A stretch of DNA of 64,000 nt from a virus. Lineage: Duplodnaviria > Caudoviricetes. Location of the stretch: IMG/VR virus record IMGVR_UViG_3300010346_001007, positions 55,435 to 119,434 of that record. One strand, written 5' to 3'. Position 1 is the stretch's first letter, and each line of letters opens with the position of its first letter. Positions 49,119-59,126 of the stretch are shown here, one piece after another. The notes beneath the pieces are model-generated. The model worked only from the letters and a program-made list of their open reading frames with translations. It ran no database searches and was not told the DNA's origin. Both the position numbers and the translations under genes were made by a program.

Positions 49119-49122
49119 TGAT

Positions 49123-49695
49123 ATGAAACTCGAATTTATTATTCCGACTTATAAAAGGATAAACAATTTATGTACTCTTTTATATTCATTAAAATCGCAA
49201 ACTTCTAACGATTGGACGGCGCAGGTGATTTCCGACAATACACCGGAAGAAATTATTCGTCCAGTAATAAACCATTTTTCAGAGGATTCTAGGATTAATT
49301 TTAACGTTTTATCTAAACGATATAATGATTGGGGACATACTCCTAGAAATGTAGGATTAAATCATTCTAAAGAAGAATTGTTAGTAATGACTGGAGAAGA
49401 TAATTATTATGTTCCAACATTTGTTAAAGAAATTTTAAAAGAATATAAAAAGAGTTCTTCGGATATTATTTTATGTGATATGATACATGATATGTCAGGA
49501 GAATATGTTTTAGTTCCGGCATTACCATATCATAGCCACATTAATATGGGGAATTGCGTATATTGTAAAGAATCAATAAAAAATCAAAGATTAGAGGTTT
49601 TTCGCCATGATGCCGACTGGCATTTTTTTAATACCGCTATAAATAAAGGATTAAAATATACCATTATAAGAAAAGTTTTATACGTTCATAATTAA
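49123..49695 (+). CDS. Glycosyltransferase family 2-like
   Basis: FIIPTY.R..L...L.SL..QT, RN.GL, EDN and DW.F. Confidence 0.8.
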   Translation: MKLEFIIPTYKRINNLCTLLYSLKSQTSNDWTAQVISDNTPEEIIRPVINHFSEDSRINFNVLSKRYNDWGHTPRNVGLNHSKEELLVMTGEDNYYVPTFVKEILKEYKKSSSDIILCDMIHDMSGEYVLVPALPYHSHINMGNCVYCKESIKNQRLEVFRHDADWHFFNTAINKGLKYTIIRKVLYVHN

Positions 49696-49699
49696 TAAT

Positions 49700-50053
49700 A
49701 TGCAAAACGCACATTATAAAAACACAGTACAAGCAATTTTAAATTCTCTGCCCGAAAGCGCTAAAACTTCTTTGGATGATTTAAAATTCCAAGTGAAAGA
49801 AGATTCTAAAGGCATTGTTACATTGGAATGGAATTCCCCTTCGCAATTAAATTTTTATGTAGATATTGGTCCGGAACATGTTATTAAAGATAATAATCCA
49901 GTATTTTATTTATATTATTATTTAACATATTATGGAAATCCTACTGATATTGGAGAGCCAAAAGGAATGGGTCGAGTATTATTTGAAAATAATACTATTC
50001 CCGAAGTTATCATAGTTAATCTTAAAATGCTAATGTCATTTTCTAAAAAGTAA
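49700..50053 (+). CDS. Hypothetical protein
   Basis: 117-aa ORF. Confidence 0.55.
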   Translation: MQNAHYKNTVQAILNSLPESAKTSLDDLKFQVKEDSKGIVTLEWNSPSQLNFYVDIGPEHVIKDNNPVFYLYYYLTYYGNPTDIGEPKGMGRVLFENNTIPEVIIVNLKMLMSFSKK

Positions 50054-50056
50054 TTT

Positions 50057-50692
50057 ATGATTAAAGTTGAAGGACAAACATGGTTTACTTCCGATTGGCA
50101 TTTGGGCGAAACCCGAATGGATTTAATGGGCCGCCCATTTTCCGGACCCGAAGAAATGTTTCAAGTAATATTAAAGAACTATAATTCAGTAGTGGGTGAC
50201 AATGATGTGGTATATATTTTAGGAGATGTATGTTATAAAGAAACTCCGGAATGGCTTGCACGAGTTAAAGAATTTAAAGGATATAAAATTTTATTGCGGG
50301 GAAATCATGATCGTATATTTACGGGTACAGATTTAAAAGCTTATTTTCCTATAGTATATTCAGAGGGGCTTTCAATTGCAATTGATATTGAAGATACAAA
50401 ATGTTTGTTAACTCATTATCCAACATTAGGGAGTATAAAACGATTTAATTTAGTTGGACATATACATTCAGCTTGGAAATATCAATTAAATATGCTAAAT
50501 GTAGGAGTTGATGTACACCACTTTCGCCCGGTCAATAGCAACAGGATAAAATTTCATATTAATGCTATTAAAACATATTACGATGATGACGTATGGGTAG
50601 CTTATAATAGAAATAATAAAGCTTGGTATGGACATAGAGGGAGACAGGGATCCTATGCAATACACTTTCAAAAATATAAGGTAATTTCTTGA
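50057..50692 (+). CDS. Calcineurin-like metallophosphoesterase
   Basis: FTSDWH, LGD, GNHD, THYP, GHIH and NVGVD. Confidence 0.9.
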   Translation: MIKVEGQTWFTSDWHLGETRMDLMGRPFSGPEEMFQVILKNYNSVVGDNDVVYILGDVCYKETPEWLARVKEFKGYKILLRGNHDRIFTGTDLKAYFPIVYSEGLSIAIDIEDTKCLLTHYPTLGSIKRFNLVGHIHSAWKYQLNMLNVGVDVHHFRPVNSNRIKFHINAIKTYYDDDVWVAYNRNNKAWYGHRGRQGSYAIHFQKYKVIS

Positions 50693-50722
50693 CTTTACAC
50701 TTTAAAACTGTATAATAGACGT

Positions 50723-51988
50723 ATGAAATTGAATGAACCATTTGTTGATGGACATCGAATAGATATGCAACCTCCGGAAAAAAAATTTTATCCTCCCCTT
50801 ATAAAAAGTTTTCTGGATGATGATTTGTATAAATTTAATATGGGGTCGGTAATATTTCATCATTTTCCAAGGGCCCGAGTACAATATAAATTTTACGATA
50901 GAGGAAATATTAGTTTTCCTCCGGGATTTGCCATTCAATTATCTAATCAAGTTAATCAAATGGCTAATTTATCCATGACCGATGAAGAAGAAGCTTGGTT
51001 TAAGAAAATTCCGTATGTACGGCCAACTTATGTAGAATGGCTTAAAGGATTTAGAATGGACCCGAGCGAAGTACTCATTACTCAAAGTAAAGATAAATTG
51101 GATATATTAATAGCTGGGCCTTGGTATCGTACTATTTTTTGGGAAGTAAAACTCATGGCAGTAATTTCTGAATTATATTACATGATGGTTGGTGATACTA
51201 TCCCAAGTCATAACTGGGTCGGAAAAATGGTTAAAAAGGGTGAAATTTTGGAAGAAGCAGGATGCCGGTGGATTGATTTTGGCACTCGGCGCAGATATTC
51301 TCGTTATGTACAAGAAACTTTGGTTAGAGCAATGATGAAATATAAAGGATTTCTTGGAACGAGCAATGTTCATTTAGCACATAAATATGGATTGACTGCA
51401 CATGGTACATATGCCCACGAATGTATTATGGCTATGATGGCTATTTATGGGGTTAAAATGGCTGATAAAGAGTGGAGGAAAATTTGGGCCGAACATTTTG
51501 AAGGAGATGTTGGAATTGCATTAACAGATACTTTTACAACTGATTTTTTCCTTAAACATTTTAATCGTTATGATGCTCATTTATATGACGGATTGAGACA
51601 AGATTCGGGGGACCCATACGAGTGGGTTGAAAATAAGGTATTGCCTTACTATAAAAAGGCTCGAATTAATCCTATTGGAAAACGGCTTGTATTTAGTGAT
51701 AATTTATGTGTAGCACCGGCAGACCAAATAAAGGTTGAAAATAAATATAATTATGTTGCTATTGATTTAAAATATAGAAATATGGCCATACCCGTAGGAG
51801 GAATTGGCACACATTTTACAAATGATGTGGGATATACTCCATTAAATATGGTGATTAAAATGGTTAGCGCCGATTTTGGGTTTGGATACCGTAATGTAGC
51901 AAAATTGAGTGATGACAAAGGAAAGCATACGGGAAATATAGGAGCTATAGCAGAAATTAAAAGAGATATTATGTATGAATGCAATTGA
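50723..51988 (+). CDS. pncB: Nicotinate phosphoribosyltransferase
   Basis: LDDDLYKFNM, DFGTRRR.S, GTSNV, GT.AHE, LTDT, RQDSGDP, VFSD, GIGT, MVIKM and KLSD..GK. Confidence 0.93.
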   Translation: MKLNEPFVDGHRIDMQPPEKKFYPPLIKSFLDDDLYKFNMGSVIFHHFPRARVQYKFYDRGNISFPPGFAIQLSNQVNQMANLSMTDEEEAWFKKIPYVRPTYVEWLKGFRMDPSEVLITQSKDKLDILIAGPWYRTIFWEVKLMAVISELYYMMVGDTIPSHNWVGKMVKKGEILEEAGCRWIDFGTRRRYSRYVQETLVRAMMKYKGFLGTSNVHLAHKYGLTAHGTYAHECIMAMMAIYGVKMADKEWRKIWAEHFEGDVGIALTDTFTTDFFLKHFNRYDAHLYDGLRQDSGDPYEWVENKVLPYYKKARINPIGKRLVFSDNLCVAPADQIKVENKYNYVAIDLKYRNMAIPVGGIGTHFTNDVGYTPLNMVIKMVSADFGFGYRNVAKLSDDKGKHTGNIGAIAEIKRDIMYECN

Positions 51989-52802
51989 ATATTGCAATAC
52001 TGCAAAAGATATATCTGATTGGATTAGAGATTATTCCAAACACGCAAAATTAACTTCGCTGGTGGTCGGTTTGTCGGGAGGGGTGGATAGTGGATTGGTG
52101 TCGACTTTATGTGCAATGAGCGGAGTTAAAACTTTTGTTGTTACCCTTCCTTGTTATAGCCCAGTATCTAGCACTAAATCGGCTTTGGCACATGTTGAAT
52201 GGTTAGAAAACCAATATTTAAATGTAAGTCATTTAAATATTGATTTAACAAAGATATATCAAACATTTCAGAATACAATTTCCAATCTCAAAGAATTAAA
52301 TACTTTAGCTTTAGCAAATACAAAAAGCCGTTTAAGAATGACAATGTTGTATCATATAGCTACAATTTACAATGGGCTTGTTGTAGGTACTGGAAATAAA
52401 GTTGAAGATTTTGGAATAGGATATTTCACAAAATATGGAGATGGTGGAGTTGATATTTCCCCATTGGCTGAATTTACAAAATCGGAAGTAATATCGATGG
52501 CAAAATCACTAGGTATCCTTCCTGAAATTACGAATGCTGTACCTTGTGACGATTTGTGGGAAGATTTTGAACTACCTGGAAAATCTCTGCCAGATGAATC
52601 TCAATTTGGGGCCACATACGCCGAACTGGAACGGGTGATTGAATTTACTGAGGGAGTTTCCCATGAATTAACTGCCCGTGACATTCAAGTATTAAAAATT
52701 TATTATAAACTCCATAATAGTACGGCGCACAAACGGAATCCCATTCCGACCTTCCGCAGAAAAAATTCAATTAGTGCCATTTCACTTGACATCGAGCCTT
52801 AA
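51975..52802 (+). CDS. nadE: NH3-dependent NAD+ synthetase
   Basis: VGLSGGVDS, N.KSRLRM..LY, GT.NK.E...GYFTKYGDGG.D and HKR. Confidence 0.95.
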   Translation: MNAIEYCNTAKDISDWIRDYSKHAKLTSLVVGLSGGVDSGLVSTLCAMSGVKTFVVTLPCYSPVSSTKSALAHVEWLENQYLNVSHLNIDLTKIYQTFQNTISNLKELNTLALANTKSRLRMTMLYHIATIYNGLVVGTGNKVEDFGIGYFTKYGDGGVDISPLAEFTKSEVISMAKSLGILPEITNAVPCDDLWEDFELPGKSLPDESQFGATYAELERVIEFTEGVSHELTARDIQVLKIYYKLHNSTAHKRNPIPTFRRKNSISAISLDIEP

Positions 52803-52819
52803 AACAGTATAATGGAGGC

Positions 52820-53578
52820 GTGAATGTAAAATCAAAAGAACCATTTGATAGATTAATAAATGATGAAAAACTGATGGATAAATATATCTCTCAGTTTTTC
52901 GACTTCTATTCGATTTACGAATTGTATATGCGAGTAGGAGGATTGCAAGAATTGGGATATAATTGTCCGGTAATTATCCGTGATAAACAATTCTATTTAA
53001 TCAAGGAAAAATTTACCCAAGTAGTAGATAAATTCTTCATTGACATTTTTAAAGCGTTAAATGAGTCTATTGCATCGGAATTGCGGCATTTTCCTAGACG
53101 TTGTGATGGAATAGGAAGTGTCAAATATTCGACGGGAAACATATATAAAGATTTTTATAGTGTAACTGGATATAAAAAAGAAAGAATATTACAGGTTAAA
53201 AAGGACCCGTCCCGGGATCCTTTTTTAGTATGGAATCTTTTTTATCATCCTATATGGGAAGTAAATTATGGCGGGGAAAAATGGACAACAGCCGCAAATT
53301 TATTGCAAGATTTTAAGAAAGCAAAGAATTACCATTCTAAGGTTCATTGGTGCGATCAGGTACTGCATTTACAACATAACACCGGACATGTTTTGAATAA
53401 GACAAACTACTTGGCGTTATCAATTAGAAACATTCCTAAAGATGAATATGATTATGAAACTGCACTGGACTTGAGAGCTAGGGCACATTCTATTCTTGAA
53501 TTTATGCCCTATGTTTCTATTGGAGTAAAAAAATTAGTCATGCCGCACGCACGACTATTAAATGGGGTTGGAAGATGA
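52820..53578 (+). CDS. Hypothetical protein, QHNTGH family, paralog A
   Basis: W...YGG.KW, WCD.VLH.QHNTGH.LNKT; leaderless start after promoter 52786-52813. Confidence 0.65.
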   Translation: MNVKSKEPFDRLINDEKLMDKYISQFFDFYSIYELYMRVGGLQELGYNCPVIIRDKQFYLIKEKFTQVVDKFFIDIFKALNESIASELRHFPRRCDGIGSVKYSTGNIYKDFYSVTGYKKERILQVKKDPSRDPFLVWNLFYHPIWEVNYGGEKWTTAANLLQDFKKAKNYHSKVHWCDQVLHLQHNTGHVLNKTNYLALSIRNIPKDEYDYETALDLRARAHSILEFMPYVSIGVKKLVMPHARLLNGVGR

Positions 53579-53620
53579 AATTTTTCTTGACGGCAAAGCA
53601 AAAATCGGTAAAATGAGCGT

Positions 53621-53893
53621 ATGAATGATAATAAACCTACTACTCGTGAATCAATGATTGCGGCAGCACAAGCTGTCATTGGGTCCCTTCTTCTAACAGC
53701 ATTTGTTTTGTGTTTGTTTGCTCCCCTATTTGGACCAAAAATCCAGAGAGCAATTGAAAACAAAAATTGCATGTATGAAGACTGGTATATACGTTCCAGA
53801 AAAGAAATGCGGCCATACTGGGTTCTTCTATGGATAGTTTGTATTCTAGGATGGATTGTATATGGATTCGCTTTTTGGCTTTATTATGGTTAA
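53621..53893 (+). CDS. Small two-TM membrane protein
   Basis: Two hydrophobic helices; leaderless start after promoter 53587-53614. Confidence 0.6.
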   Translation: MNDNKPTTRESMIAAAQAVIGSLLLTAFVLCLFAPLFGPKIQRAIENKNCMYEDWYIRSRKEMRPYWVLLWIVCILGWIVYGFAFWLYYG

Positions 53894-53906
53894 ACTAAAC
53901 TAAATT

Positions 53907-54221
53907 ATGAATAATTCACAAAATATTAGTAGGGCAGATGCAGTTAGAGTATTAATACTAGAAATAGTAATAATATGTTATTTAACAGTTTGTCATGGTT
54001 TTGTATTCTCAAAACTATGGCTGTGGTTCATAGTATCAACCTTTGGGTTGTGTGAATTAGGAATAGCACAATCGGCGGGAATTGTATTGGGTGCTTCATT
54101 TGCAACATTTAAAGGTCGAATACCCGAAAGAGGTTTCCGTACTCCGACGGAAATTGCGGCTTTAGCAATTTATCCGTGGATGACTTTATTGACTGGTTAT
54201 ATTATAAAATGCTTTTTGTGA
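53907..54221 (+). CDS. Membrane protein
   Basis: Hydrophobic; LW.WFIV..FGL..L.I.Q..G. Confidence 0.6.
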   Translation: MNNSQNISRADAVRVLILEIVIICYLTVCHGFVFSKLWLWFIVSTFGLCELGIAQSAGIVLGASFATFKGRIPERGFRTPTEIAALAIYPWMTLLTGYIIKCFL

Positions 54222-54230
54222 GTAAAACTT

Positions 54231-54943
54231 ATGTTGTCTATGTATAACAGTCCTTTAAGAAATAAATATATAGTTCAATTCTTCGACTTTTATACGATTT
54301 ATGAATTGTATATGAAAGTCGGGGATTGAGAGAGGTAGGATATGACAATTATCCCGTGTATATAAATGAGCGGGCGTATGAAAAAATTAAAAATAAATTT
54401 AATGAAATCGTCGATGATTTCTCGGATAAAGTTTATGAGGCTTTGTGCCATTCGATAAAAAGTGAAGTTAAACATTTTCCATACGAGTGTACTATTACAA
54501 ACAGAATTCGTGCGTGTGAACTCATAAAAAGAAAAAGTGGATATAATAAAGAAGATATTTTCAGAGCACAACGGAATCCAGTTAAATATCCATTGGCTAC
54601 ATGGGCGATATTTTATTTTGGGCCGTGGGGCGAGGGATTTGGTGGTAAAAGGTGGGCAAAAGCCGTAGCAGAAATGAAGAAATATATGTCACTTAAATCT
54701 CGGTTTCAAAAAGTGTATTGGTGTGACCGAGTACTTCATATGCAACATAACACCGGACATCTTTTAAATAAGACCCCATTCAAACAATTAACTGTTGTTA
54801 CCGTAAGGAAAAAGTCGGGGCGAGATCAACTGGTATTAAATTTCCGGGCCAAAGCTAAATCTATTTTAGAATTTGTTCCATATGTTTCATCAGATGTAAA
54901 AAAATTGGTTATTCCCCAATCCCGGCTACTAACCGCAAAGTAA
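54231..54943 (+). pseudogene. Frameshifted paralog B of 52820-53578
   Basis: 5' part (KYIVQFFDFYTIYELYMKVG) and 3' part (LREVGYD...QHNTGH) are in different frames, joined at GGGG 54321-54324. Confidence 0.7.
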
Positions 54944-55567
54944 ATGGAAATTACATTTTCTATTGTTGGAACAAGCATACATCCATCTCTTAATTTGACG
55001 GCATTTAAGGCTGCATATTTTGTAGCCGAAGAATTGTTAAAAAAATTCGAACAGTGCAATTACCCTATAACCCATCTTGTTTCTGGTGGGAGAGCGTTTG
55101 CTGAACACGTTGCGGTACAACTATTCTTAGATAAAAAAGTACCCCATTTACGAATATTTACTTCTTCTGATTATTGGTCAAATAAATTTGGCTTAAAATT
55201 TAATTATGGGGACAATCGGAAAAATTTTTCGGAAATGGAAAAACAACATCATTATAAATTTGATAGACTTACAGGAATTGATTCTTTAAATGCAATTAAT
55301 ATGGCTCGGCAAAGGGGGGCAGAAATAAAATATGTTTCCCGAGGGTTTCATGCTTGCAATGCATTAATAGCTAAATCTGATTTTTTGTTGGCCATTACTT
55401 ATGGAGAAAAAGATATTGTCAAGGATGTAGTAGCCGAACATATTGTTCGTAGATATTTAGAAAGAGTAAGAAAGGAAAATATTTTTGATAAATCATATCA
55501 TTATAATTTAAATGATGGAAAAGTATATGTTGGATGTAATATTCCACCTTTGATAAATAAGAAATAA
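54944..55567 (+). CDS. SLOG/DprA-like Rossmannoid protein
   Basis: I.IVGT, HLVSGG.A.A.H.AV and N.LIA..D.LLA. Confidence 0.5.
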   Translation: MEITFSIVGTSIHPSLNLTAFKAAYFVAEELLKKFEQCNYPITHLVSGGRAFAEHVAVQLFLDKKVPHLRIFTSSDYWSNKFGLKFNYGDNRKNFSEMEKQHHYKFDRLTGIDSLNAINMARQRGAEIKYVSRGFHACNALIAKSDFLLAITYGEKDIVKDVVAEHIVRRYLERVRKENIFDKSYHYNLNDGKVYVGCNIPPLINKK

Positions 55568-55584
55568 TTATAAAAAACATAATC

Positions 55585-56286
55585 ATGAATAAAGTGGCTT
55601 TTGTAATGAGTCTTTGGAAACGCCAAAAATTATTTTCTAATATTATAGATGATTTAAATAAACAGACGTATAAAAATTTTGATTTATTTTGTTGGAATAA
55701 TAATGCGGATCCGGAAGCTATTGAATTGGTAGAAGTTCAAAAAAATAATACAAATGGGTATAAACTAATTACAACTCCCCCTCCACATTACATCACTAAT
55801 TTGCGTGGATTTAGTCGATTTATTTTTTGTCGAAAAATTCTATTAGAAGAAGTTCCAGAAATTGAAGGGATAAAATATGATAAAGCTATTTTTGCTGATG
55901 ATGACCAAAGATTTGAACCACAATTTGTAGAATATATGGTTCAAAATTTCGAACCAAAATCGTATAAGTCTAGCTGGGGATGGAAGATTAATACAAATTA
56001 TTGGGATAGAACTAAAGCATTAACCGGAGAAGATGCAGATTATGCGGGAACTTGTGGAGCAATAATAGATATTAGTATTTTCAATAACACCGATTTTTTC
56101 GATTCTTATAATTATGAAGAAGATGTTTATTGTTTGGAAGATTTGGCATTGTCATTATATTGTAAAAAAATTGGATGGAAAGTTGAAGGTATTACTCGAA
56201 AATATATACATTCCAATCCTCCAGATGGATATGATCATTATTTAATGACTAATATAATAAATGGAGTTCCCATATCTACTCGGTAA
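55585..56286 (+). CDS. Glycosyltransferase GT-A-like
   Basis: W.R...I..L..QT..NFD...WNN, FADDD, GT.G.I.D and EDL.LS. Confidence 0.7.
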   Translation: MNKVAFVMSLWKRQKLFSNIIDDLNKQTYKNFDLFCWNNNADPEAIELVEVQKNNTNGYKLITTPPPHYITNLRGFSRFIFCRKILLEEVPEIEGIKYDKAIFADDDQRFEPQFVEYMVQNFEPKSYKSSWGWKINTNYWDRTKALTGEDADYAGTCGAIIDISIFNNTDFFDSYNYEEDVYCLEDLALSLYCKKIGWKVEGITRKYIHSNPPDGYDHYLMTNIINGVPISTR

Positions 56287-56336
56287 TTAAAAGTATTAGC
56301 TTATGAAAAATTAAAGCGACATTATGGATTATCTAA

Positions 56337-56570
56337 TTAAACTTTAGAAGATTTAGAAAGATGACGTTTTAAACTATTGTATCTACGATTCACTTTTATT
56401 AATAATTCGTTTGCTTGTTCAATGTCTGCCTCGTAATCTTCTTCACCCCAACTATAAGTTTTGTCATATATTGAAATAGCTAAATCACGAGGAAGATTGA
56501 GAAAATCGGTTAAAGTTTTACGAATACTAGATAGAGGTTTTAAAGTTCGGTATTTATTAACATCAATCAT
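56337..56570 (-). CDS. Hypothetical protein
   Basis: ORF of about 77-80 aa. Confidence 0.5.
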   Translation of the reverse strand: MIDVNKYRTLKPLSSIRKTLTDFLNLPRDLAISIYDKTYSWGEEDYEADIEQANELLIKVNRRYNSLKRHLSKSSKV

Positions 56571-56771
56571 AACTGTCAAATTTTTTAAACCATATTTTCC
56601 AGAGAATTGCGGTGATAGGAAAAATGATTAACCATACAATTAAACATTCTACAGCCCATCGCAATTTTCCCCACTGGATTTTCATTTTGTGTAGATTATA
56701 CATTATAATAAATAGAAGTCAAGTTCTTTTTTATAGTTGACTATTTTTTGAAAAGTGGTAAAATAGGTGTA

Positions 56772-56954
56772 ATGAAGCGGAAATTAAAGTGTGCAAAATG
56801 TGGAAAAGAAAAGCTTTTTTGGGATACTAAAGATATTCTTAATATGAAGTGGAAAATTTTGGCATGGCAATTACATTTAAAAGGGGAACCTTTAGTGTAT
56901 TGTCCATCATGCAAATATCAATCTATAGGATTAAGAGGAAAAAATAATATATGA
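56772..56954 (+). CDS. Small zinc-ribbon protein
   Basis: CAKCG...YCPSC; promoter at 56737-56764. Confidence 0.55.
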   Translation: MKRKLKCAKCGKEKLFWDTKDILNMKWKILAWQLHLKGEPLVYCPSCKYQSIGLRGKNNI

Positions 56955-57673
56955 AATTGGCGGGGATTATAACTACAAAAAATTATACGGATAGATATAA
57001 ATCTTTATTAACTATGCGTAAATTAGTAGATGTATTAATTGTATTAGATGATAATTCAGATACCCCCATTTCTAAAAAAGATTATCCTTATATTGATTTA
57101 TTGATAACTCAAAAGCATAATGAACCATTTAATTGTCAAGCCAACCGTACCATATTATTTTATTGGGCGGGACATTATAATTGTAATTGGGCGTTACAAT
57201 TAGATGATGACATGATACTTTCTAATAAAATCAATAATAGAAAAAAAATTGAAGAAACTATACACGAAGCAGAATCTCATAAAGCGGATGTTGTGCTTGC
57301 TTGGTTAAGAGAATTATGGGATAGTTATTATAAATTTCGAATGAATGGAATATGGGCACATAAAACCTTCCCATTTTTACAGAGAGTATGGTTGAAAGAT
57401 AAAAATATATCTTTAAGATTTAATGAACAAGATCGATTACATTCTTATTGTTTTAAAGATGGATATTATCCCGAACTTTTTGGGTATCAATATGTAATAT
57501 ATCATACTGGATGCATAACTAAAACAATGCGTAAACAAAGAGTTAATAAATATAAAATATTAGATCCGAAAAATAAATATCAGGCGGATTATACATACAT
57601 GTTAAATGAAGATGGTATAATTTTCCATTCCGTTCCCAAAGAAGATAAAAATTACATGTCTCAAATTTTATAA
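56951..57673 (+). CDS. Glycosyltransferase family 2-like
   Basis: VD.LIVLDDNS, W.LQLDDD, LRELWD and H.G. Confidence 0.7.
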   Translation: MKLAGIITTKNYTDRYKSLLTMRKLVDVLIVLDDNSDTPISKKDYPYIDLLITQKHNEPFNCQANRTILFYWAGHYNCNWALQLDDDMILSNKINNRKKIEETIHEAESHKADVVLAWLRELWDSYYKFRMNGIWAHKTFPFLQRVWLKDKNISLRFNEQDRLHSYCFKDGYYPELFGYQYVIYHTGCITKTMRKQRVNKYKILDPKNKYQADYTYMLNEDGIIFHSVPKEDKNYMSQIL

Positions 57674-57697
57674 TTATTAATTAAATGTAGAATTAAA

Positions 57698-58090
57698 ATG
57701 TCTCGAGCTAGAGGGCGACATACTAGAAATTGGACCAAACAAGTTGTTTATATTAATGATCCGCATATTACTTCTGCGGCCAGTCTAGTACTTTTACAAA
57801 AGTATTATTTTTCTTTAGATAAAAGTGCTTATTCTGAATGGAGAATGCGTCAAGTAAGACGTAAATGGATGAGAGAAAAAATGAAATTCCCCGATTCGGA
57901 GGGAGGGTTGACTTGTGCATTGTGCGGAAAAAAAGGTTTGTTGCCCAAGACTAAAAATCCCGAAAAATTGGCCACTTTAGACCATATTAAAGAAATAGGG
58001 AAAGGTGGTAAATGGAATGACCCGTCTAATTTTCAAGTAGCATGTGCAAATTGTAACGCTAGAAAAAATAAATCGTTGCATAGAACTTGA
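57698..58090 (+). CDS. HNH endonuclease
   Basis: C..CG...ATLDHI....GG....N...AC..CN..K. Confidence 0.85.
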   Translation: MSRARGRHTRNWTKQVVYINDPHITSAASLVLLQKYYFSLDKSAYSEWRMRQVRRKWMREKMKFPDSEGGLTCALCGKKGLLPKTKNPEKLATLDHIKEIGKGGKWNDPSNFQVACANCNARKNKSLHRT

Positions 58091-58120
58091 CTTTTCGTGG
58101 AAAATGGCTATAATGCTCGT

Positions 58121-58504
58121 ATGAAATTAAAAAATCGTATCATTGCTCTAGCTCAACGGGCCAAAGAAATAAACTCCATTGAGAATGGATATTTCGAAAA
58201 TTGGGAAGCGTGGAACAAGTTGCAAAAAGAAATTATCCAGGAAATGGAGGCCATTGATAAAGAGGCCGGGGATAAATTAGCAGTTGGGAGGTATCTAAGC
58301 TTTGGGGTAGCGGATGGGGGAGCATATTACATTATTACAAAAATTAGAAAAAATGATGTAATTGTAGAATGGATTCCCATTTATGATGGATATTGGTCTC
58401 AGGCGGTAGGATTGAGTAGTGATAAGAAATATTATATCGTAAATCGGCATACTGCCGAACAACAATGTCAACGTAGTACTGCATTAAAATCTATATTTTC
58501 TTAA
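58121..58504 (+). CDS. Hypothetical protein
   Basis: F.VADG.A.Y.I motif; ATG 58121 lies 6 nt after promoter 58087-58114. Confidence 0.65.
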   Translation: MKLKNRIIALAQRAKEINSIENGYFENWEAWNKLQKEIIQEMEAIDKEAGDKLAVGRYLSFGVADGGAYYIITKIRKNDVIVEWIPIYDGYWSQAVGLSSDKKYYIVNRHTAEQQCQRSTALKSIFS

Positions 58505-58624
58505 TATGAATACTCCAACACAAGAACAAATTGATAAGTTGCCCAAATGGGCAAAGCAATATATTAAAGATTTAGATGCTCGTTTAGTTATATTGGCAAC
58601 CGTGATGACTGGAATGAGCCGATT

Positions 58625-58747
58625 ATGAAGGATAATCCGCAAAAGAAAACCTTTGTATATTTTAATGAACGTCGTTGTATATCACATAAAAATGAAAATC
58701 TTCCTAAAGGTACATTATTTGCGGATACTGTAAAATTGATAAAATAA
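58625..58747 (+). CDS. Short member or remnant of the PxGTLFAD family
   Basis: Translated by hand; ends LPKGTLFADTVKLIK. Confidence 0.45.
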   Translation: MKDNPQKKTFVYFNERRCISHKNENLPKGTLFADTVKLIK

Positions 58748-58750
58748 GTT

Positions 58751-59113
58751 ATGAAAAATGAAAAGGAAACCTTTGCATGGAAGGTTGTACGAGTAACCGT
58801 TAATAATAATTATATTAGTGCTTGGTACACATCTGATGTTATATACAAACTTAATAAATGGACTTATTCGACTGGTGGCTGGGGGCTTTATCCATTTTTA
58901 TATGTCTTTAAATCTCGCCAAAATGCTAGGGACTGGTGCCAACATTTAAAAAAAATAAATCCGCAATATACATACCGGGTATTTAAATGTGAAGTTAGAA
59001 ATCCAACGACCAGTAGATGTTTTTTATATTCCGATAAGACAAGATTTATATCTAGTAGCGAGACATGTCTTCCTGCTGGAACTTTATTTGTTGACGCCGT
59101 GCGATTAATGTGA
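58751..59113 (+). CDS. Hypothetical protein, AWKVV...PxGTLF family
   Basis: Paralog of 59127-59492. Confidence 0.65.
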   Translation: MKNEKETFAWKVVRVTVNNNYISAWYTSDVIYKLNKWTYSTGGWGLYPFLYVFKSRQNARDWCQHLKKINPQYTYRVFKCEVRNPTTSRCFLYSDKTRFISSSETCLPAGTLFVDAVRLM

Positions 59114-59126
59114 TAAGATATAATCC

